DNA from: Candidatus Dormiibacterota bacterium
GTDB lineage: Bacteria; Chloroflexota; Dormibacteria; Aeolococcales; Aeolococcaceae
DNA: 64,000 nucleotides
Reading direction: 5' to 3'
NCBI GenBank assembly: GCA_963743835.1
Contig: CAVUQX010000005.1
Location: 347,959-411,958 of the forward strand
A program made the translations under genes and the position numbers. This document shows, in pieces, positions 59,692-64,000 of the stretch. The notes below the pieces were generated by a model that saw only the letters and a program-made list of their open reading frames with translations, did not search any database and was not told the DNA's origin. How positions within the stretch are numbered: the first letter of the stretch is position 1; each line of letters opens with the position of its first letter.

Positions 59692-60603
59692 TCAGAGGAA
59701 CGTGACGCGGGGCGCTTCCTGCTTGCCCTGGGCGAAACCTGCACGGGCGGCCGGGACGCGGTTCGCCGGATCCATCAGGTTCGTGCCCATAGCGGCTCGG
59801 GAATCGGCGTCCGGAGTGATCACCTCGACGTGGCTGCCCTGCTTGCGCAGGGCCTCCACGTGGCTTGCCAGGTCGGTGCCCGGAAATCTGCGGAGGCCCT
59901 CGAACTGGCCTTCCGGTGGAGTCCCGCTCCGTCCGCCCAACGGCGAGAGCACCACGACGTGCGCATAGCCCGAGGCAAGGTCGGCGTTTTCGGTAGCGCG
60001 CACGCCACCGTCGATGTAGCGACTCCCGTTGATGGCGACCGTTGGGACAACACCGGGCGCGGCAGTGCTCGCGGTGACCGCGTCCACAAGATCGACCCCG
60101 GAATCGCGGTCGAACGCAGCCAACTCGCCGGTCTGCGCGTCGACGGCCGTCACGATCATCGGCCTGTCCGGCCATTCAGGGCGAGGCAGCCTGGCGGCGA
60201 CCATTGCTCGGCGCTGTTCCGCCCCGGGTCCGAGGGCTTTGTCGCTCTCCAACCCGAACGCGCCCATCGCACGCTGTAGATCGGCTGCCGAGGTGGCGGC
60301 GGCGCCGATGGCCCTCATCCGCTCGAACACCGGGGCCATGGGCAGGGACGGCGGCCGTTCCCGGTTCTGTCCGACCGGTTGAGCAGGCGGGGACAGCACC
60401 GCGGCCAAGAGGTCGGCCGCCGGGATACCGCTGCGCACCTGCGCTGCGGCGGTGGCCCCGGCCGATGTGCCGACCACCAAATCGGCGGTCTCACTCATAT
60501 CGACACCAGCTTCGGCCAAGCCTGCGATGACACCGATCTCCCACGCGTTGCCGGCAGCCCCTCCACCACCGAGAACGAGAGCAACGTTGTGCACCACCCG
60601 CAC
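59692..60603 (-). CDS. patatin-like phospholipase
   Basis: GGGGAAG oxyanion motif and GTSAG serine lipase motif. Confidence 0.8.
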   Translation of the reverse strand: MRVVHNVALVLGGGGAAGNAWEIGVIAGLAEAGVDMSETADLVVGTSAGATAAAQVRSGIPAADLLAAVLSPPAQPVGQNRERPPSLPMAPVFERMRAIGAAATSAADLQRAMGAFGLESDKALGPGAEQRRAMVAARLPRPEWPDRPMIVTAVDAQTGELAAFDRDSGVDLVDAVTASTAAPGVVPTVAINGSRYIDGGVRATENADLASGYAHVVVLSPLGGRSGTPPEGQFEGLRRFPGTDLASHVEALRKQGSHVEVITPDADSRAAMGTNLMDPANRVPAARAGFAQGKQEAPRVTFL

Positions 60604-60609
60604 ACTATC

Positions 60610-62136
60610 TCAGTCGGCTGCGGTTTCAGTGCCGGTCCGCAGCGGCGGCCCGTCGACCGCGCAATGCAGTGGGTGCTCCACGGATCGCTTTTGCGCCCCG
60701 GGGCGCTGGCCATTGCGGATGGTCGCGGCGGCAAGAAGGCCCCCCGCGGCGCAGATCACCGCCGCGATGAAGGCCGCGTGCTGAAACCCGGTTTCGAACA
60801 CCGCGGGGTGCAGGTAGCTGTTGCCGGTGATGCCGGCGACCGCGGGGAGCAGCGCGACCGCCAGCAGGCTTCCGGTCCGCGCAACCGTGTTGTTGACGGC
60901 GGAGGCAAGGCCGCTTCGCTCTGCAGGCGCGGATGACATCGCCGTTGCCGTGAGCGGCGCCACCGTCAGTGCCAATCCGAAACCGAACACCACCACAGCG
61001 GGCAACACCTCGATGAGGTAGTTCCCACCCGAATTGATCCGCGCAAAAAGCGCGAGCCCGGCCGCGACCACAATCGGTCCAACCGACATCTGCAAACGGG
61101 GTCCGATTCGTGCAGAGAGCGCGCCTGAGCGCGACGACAGCGCGAACAACATGAACGTGATTGGCAGCAACGATGCGCCCGCCGCCGTGGGACCGTAGTG
61201 CGACACCTGCTGCAGCTCGATGGGGAGGAGGAAGAACATCCCGCCGAGCATCCCGTAGATGAGGAGCGTCACCCCGTTCGTCGCGCTGAACTGGCGTGAC
61301 TTGAAGATGTCGAGGGGAACGATCGGCGCCCGAACGCGCAGCTCGACGATGATGAACGCGACCAGCGATACGATGCCGATGATCAGGGCACCCACGACCG
61401 GGCCAGACGTCCACCGACCGCTCGATCCCTGGATGAGCCCGTATGAGATGCCCACCAGCGCGAGGATGGTGAGCGCGCTGCCGGCGATGTCGATGTACCC
61501 GCTCGCGTTGGGATCCCGCGTCTCTGGAACGTGCCGAATCGAGATGTAGATCACCGCTGCGGCGATCGGTACGTTGATCAGGAAGATCAACCGCCAGGAC
61601 ACGGCGGTGATCAGGAAGCCTCCGACAAACGGACCGATCGCCGTGGCGACGCCGCCGAGGCCTGACCATGCGCCGATGACCCGCCCGCGCTCACCGGGAA
61701 CGAACGAGGCCTCGAGAATGGCGAGGCTTCCGGGCGTGAGCAGCGCGCCACCGACACCCTGCAATCCTCGTGCGGCGATCAGCAGGCCGATGTTGGGAGC
61801 GGTCGCGCAGATGAGTGACGCGACCGCGAACCACGCCACACCGATGACGAAGACCTTCCTGCGCCCGTACCGGTCGGACAGCGCGCCCGACAGCAGGATG
61901 AGACCGGCAAGGGTGAGCAGGTAGCCCGCCGATACCCATTGCAGGCCATCGATCTGAGCGTGGAACTCCTTGCCGATGGCCGGCTGCGCAATCCCGACGA
62001 CGGTGGCGTCGAGCTGCGCCATCGCGCTTCCGAACACCGTCGCCGTGAGCACCCACTTCCCGCGGGCGGTGGAGAGATGCAGGCCGCCGGCGTCCTCGGG
62101 GATGCTCGCGACGGCTGAGGGGCCGCCTTCAGTCAC
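60610..62136 (-). CDS. MFS transporter (DHA2/EmrB-like, 14 TM)
   Basis: MFS signature region GALSDRYGRRKV; ~14 TM segments. Confidence 0.8.
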   Translation of the reverse strand: MTEGGPSAVASIPEDAGGLHLSTARGKWVLTATVFGSAMAQLDATVVGIAQPAIGKEFHAQIDGLQWVSAGYLLTLAGLILLSGALSDRYGRRKVFVIGVAWFAVASLICATAPNIGLLIAARGLQGVGGALLTPGSLAILEASFVPGERGRVIGAWSGLGGVATAIGPFVGGFLITAVSWRLIFLINVPIAAAVIYISIRHVPETRDPNASGYIDIAGSALTILALVGISYGLIQGSSGRWTSGPVVGALIIGIVSLVAFIIVELRVRAPIVPLDIFKSRQFSATNGVTLLIYGMLGGMFFLLPIELQQVSHYGPTAAGASLLPITFMLFALSSRSGALSARIGPRLQMSVGPIVVAAGLALFARINSGGNYLIEVLPAVVVFGFGLALTVAPLTATAMSSAPAERSGLASAVNNTVARTGSLLAVALLPAVAGITGNSYLHPAVFETGFQHAAFIAAVICAAGGLLAAATIRNGQRPGAQKRSVEHPLHCAVDGPPLRTGTETAAD

Positions 62137-62785
62137 CCCATTCGACGTCGCCGTAGAAACCCCGTGGCTTGGGGTGACGATTGTAGGCGGCAACTCCCTT
62201 GCGACTGGCGGCGATGGTCGTGGTCGTGCCATGCCCCGGAAGCACGACTGTTTCCTCCGGTAATGGCAGCAACTTGGCGGTGATGCTCTCCATGATGGTT
62301 TCCAGGTCGCCATGCGCGCTGGTCTTGCCCGGACCGCCCCCGAACAGGGTGTCGCCGGTGATCACCGCGGTGCCGACGCGCAACGAGATGCTGCCGGGCG
62401 TGTGGCCCGGCGTGTGGATGATGCCGATCCGAACGCTGCCGACCGGGACCTCGGCGCCGTCGTCGAGGCGGCCATCGATGCGCTCCTCAGGGATCTTCAC
62501 CTCGTGGCTGCCGACCAGGACCGGAGCGCCTGTCGCGGACCGCACCGCGTCATAGGTCATCCAGTGATCGGGGTGCCAGTGCGTCGCGATCACGGTCTGC
62601 ACCCCACCCTCGGCGGCGATTGCCGCGAGCAGCGGTTCCTCATCGAGCGGCATGTCAACCAGCGCCGCCACTCCGGAGGACACGTCGCGTACCACGTACG
62701 CGTTGTTCCCGTACGGCCCCATCGGGCCGATCTTGACGATGCGGACACCACCGTCCTCGAAGACGGTGATCTCAGCGCCGCCCAC
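62129..62785 (-). CDS. MBL-fold metallo-hydrolase (glyoxalase-II-like)
   Basis: THWHPDH and HTPGHTPGS motifs. Confidence 0.75.
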   Translation of the reverse strand: MGGAEITVFEDGGVRIVKIGPMGPYGNNAYVVRDVSSGVAALVDMPLDEEPLLAAIAAEGGVQTVIATHWHPDHWMTYDAVRSATGAPVLVGSHEVKIPEERIDGRLDDGAEVPVGSVRIGIIHTPGHTPGSISLRVGTAVITGDTLFGGGPGKTSAHGDLETIMESITAKLLPLPEETVVLPGHGTTTTIAASRKGVAAYNRHPKPRGFYGDVEWGD

Positions 62786-63491
62786 GCGCTCCCGACTTGG
62801 CGGGCGCCTTTCGCGACGCGACCGGTTTTGGTGCATCTCCCTTGGCTGCCGCCTCGGCGCGAAGTGACGCCTTGAAGGCACGCTTCTGTGCCTGGTAGTG
62901 CTCGCGTTCCGCGACCGTTCTGACGTCTGCGAGGGTCGGCCAGTCTGGAGCGACGCTCTCCCATCCGGCCGGCGTGACCCCCAGGTGTTTGGCGACGACC
63001 CCGACCATGATCCGCGCCTTGGCGGCGCCGAAGCCGGGCAGCGCGGCGAATCGTCGAAGCAACTCCTTCGCGTCGCCGGCCTCTGTCCAGATCCTGGTCG
63101 TCTCCCCGCCGTACTCGTCGGTGATCACCTTGCAGAGCCCGTAGACGCGTTGCGCCATGCTCACGGGGAAGCGATGCAGCGCCGGCGGCGTCCGGAACGC
63201 CTGCTCAACCCTGGCCGGATCCATGGCCGCAACCTCAACCGGGTCGATGGTGCCGAGGCGTTCGCGCATGCGCAGCGGCCCCTGGAACGCCCACTCGATC
63301 GGCACCTGCTGGTCGAGGCAGAAGCCGATGAGGAGCGCCGTGGGATCCTCGCTGATGAGCTGATCGGCCTCGGGATCGCCGGTCCACTGCAGCCGCAGGG
63401 TCGTCGCGACGGGCTTCTCCACGGCGTGTACGGTAGCGCGCCGCGGGTTGGAACTGAGGCAATAGCTCGCGACTGCGTACACTCGGCGCAT
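62772..63491 (-). CDS. HhH-GPD base-excision DNA repair family protein
   Basis: HhH-GPD region LPGFGAAKARIMVGV; overall similarity to the EndoIII-like superfamily. Confidence 0.65.
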   Translation of the reverse strand: MRRVYAVASYCLSSNPRRATVHAVEKPVATTLRLQWTGDPEADQLISEDPTALLIGFCLDQQVPIEWAFQGPLRMRERLGTIDPVEVAAMDPARVEQAFRTPPALHRFPVSMAQRVYGLCKVITDEYGGETTRIWTEAGDAKELLRRFAALPGFGAAKARIMVGVVAKHLGVTPAGWESVAPDWPTLADVRTVAEREHYQAQKRAFKASLRAEAAAKGDAPKPVASRKAPAKSGARGRR

Positions 63492-63783
63492 GTCGTGGCT
63501 CGGGCGTCTTTTCGGGTCGAAGCCATCGGCTGCGCCGCTGAACAGCGTGGTCGTCGCAAGCGACCTCGTCCAGCCCCTGACCGCGACTGGCGCCGAGCTC
63601 GCGACGGCCGTCGATGCCGCCCTCCGCGCCTATCTCGACGCGCAGGCGAAAGCGCTGGCCGCCGGCGAGCCCGAGCGAATTCCCTTCTGGCTGCGCCGCG
63701 ACGTCGAAAACGCGGGCGACCTCGAGGACGAGCTCCGCGACCGCGTCATCCAGCGTCGAGCGGCCGAGGAAGAAGCGCGCTGA
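63490..63783 (+). CDS. small hypothetical protein
   Basis: 97-aa ORF, acidic C-terminus. Confidence 0.3.
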   Translation: MSWLGRLFGSKPSAAPLNSVVVASDLVQPLTATGAELATAVDAALRAYLDAQAKALAAGEPERIPFWLRRDVENAGDLEDELRDRVIQRRAAEEEAR

Positions 63784-63809
63784 TCACGTCCCGTCGGGAA
63801 GGCTGACGA

Positions 63810-64000
63810 TGCGAGCGCTGGTATTCAAGGACGTCGGCACGGTTGAGCTCGTCGACGTGCCGAAACCCCGCATCCAGGAATCCGGGGACGCGCTGGTCCG
63901 CGTGACCAGGTCGGCGATCTGTGGCAGCGACCTGCACGTGGTCCACGGCCGCATCCCCGGGATGAGCCCGGGCGGCATTCTGGGCCATGAGTTCGTCGGT
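63810..64000 (+). CDS. zinc-type alcohol dehydrogenase (N-terminal fragment; runs off the window)
   Basis: MRALVFKD...CGSDLHVVHG...GHEFVG GroES-like/ADH_N motifs. Confidence 0.7.

Overview
High-GC (~70%) bacterial chromosomal segment, probably Actinomycetota. The housekeeping backbone includes pckA, ilvE, fur, groEL, argS, galU, coaE, clpB, queF, thiD, gltX, two tRNA-Glu genes, an NRAMP Mn transporter, a GGDEF cyclase, a MoxR-DUF58-transglutaminase triad, and an ECF-sigma/ZAS anti-sigma pair. The most interesting region is a horizontally acquired defence islet at ~7.5-14.3 kb, between an HD-hydrolase gene and groEL. It starts with a translationally coupled module: a small 2-TM membrane protein, then an ~809-aa ABC/Rad50-like ATPase with a coiled-coil CxxC zinc hook and a C-terminal helical domain carrying an Rx6H (HEPN-type) motif, which together are RloC/PrrC-anticodon-nuclease-like, then a standalone 129-aa paralogue of that C-terminal HEPN-like domain. 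Downstream are a DUF222/13E12-type HNH endonuclease gene and a markedly low-GC (~53-55%) SRA(YDG)-HNH methylation-dependent type IV restriction endonuclease. At least four housekeeping genes (tam, groEL, clpB, an EamA transporter, and possibly the ilvE start) carry single-base frameshifts at short repeats. Two of them are essential chaperones, so these are most likely assembly indel errors and pseudogene calls in this window should be treated with caution. All calls come from reading the six-frame translations and the nucleotide sequence by eye; no database searches were run.
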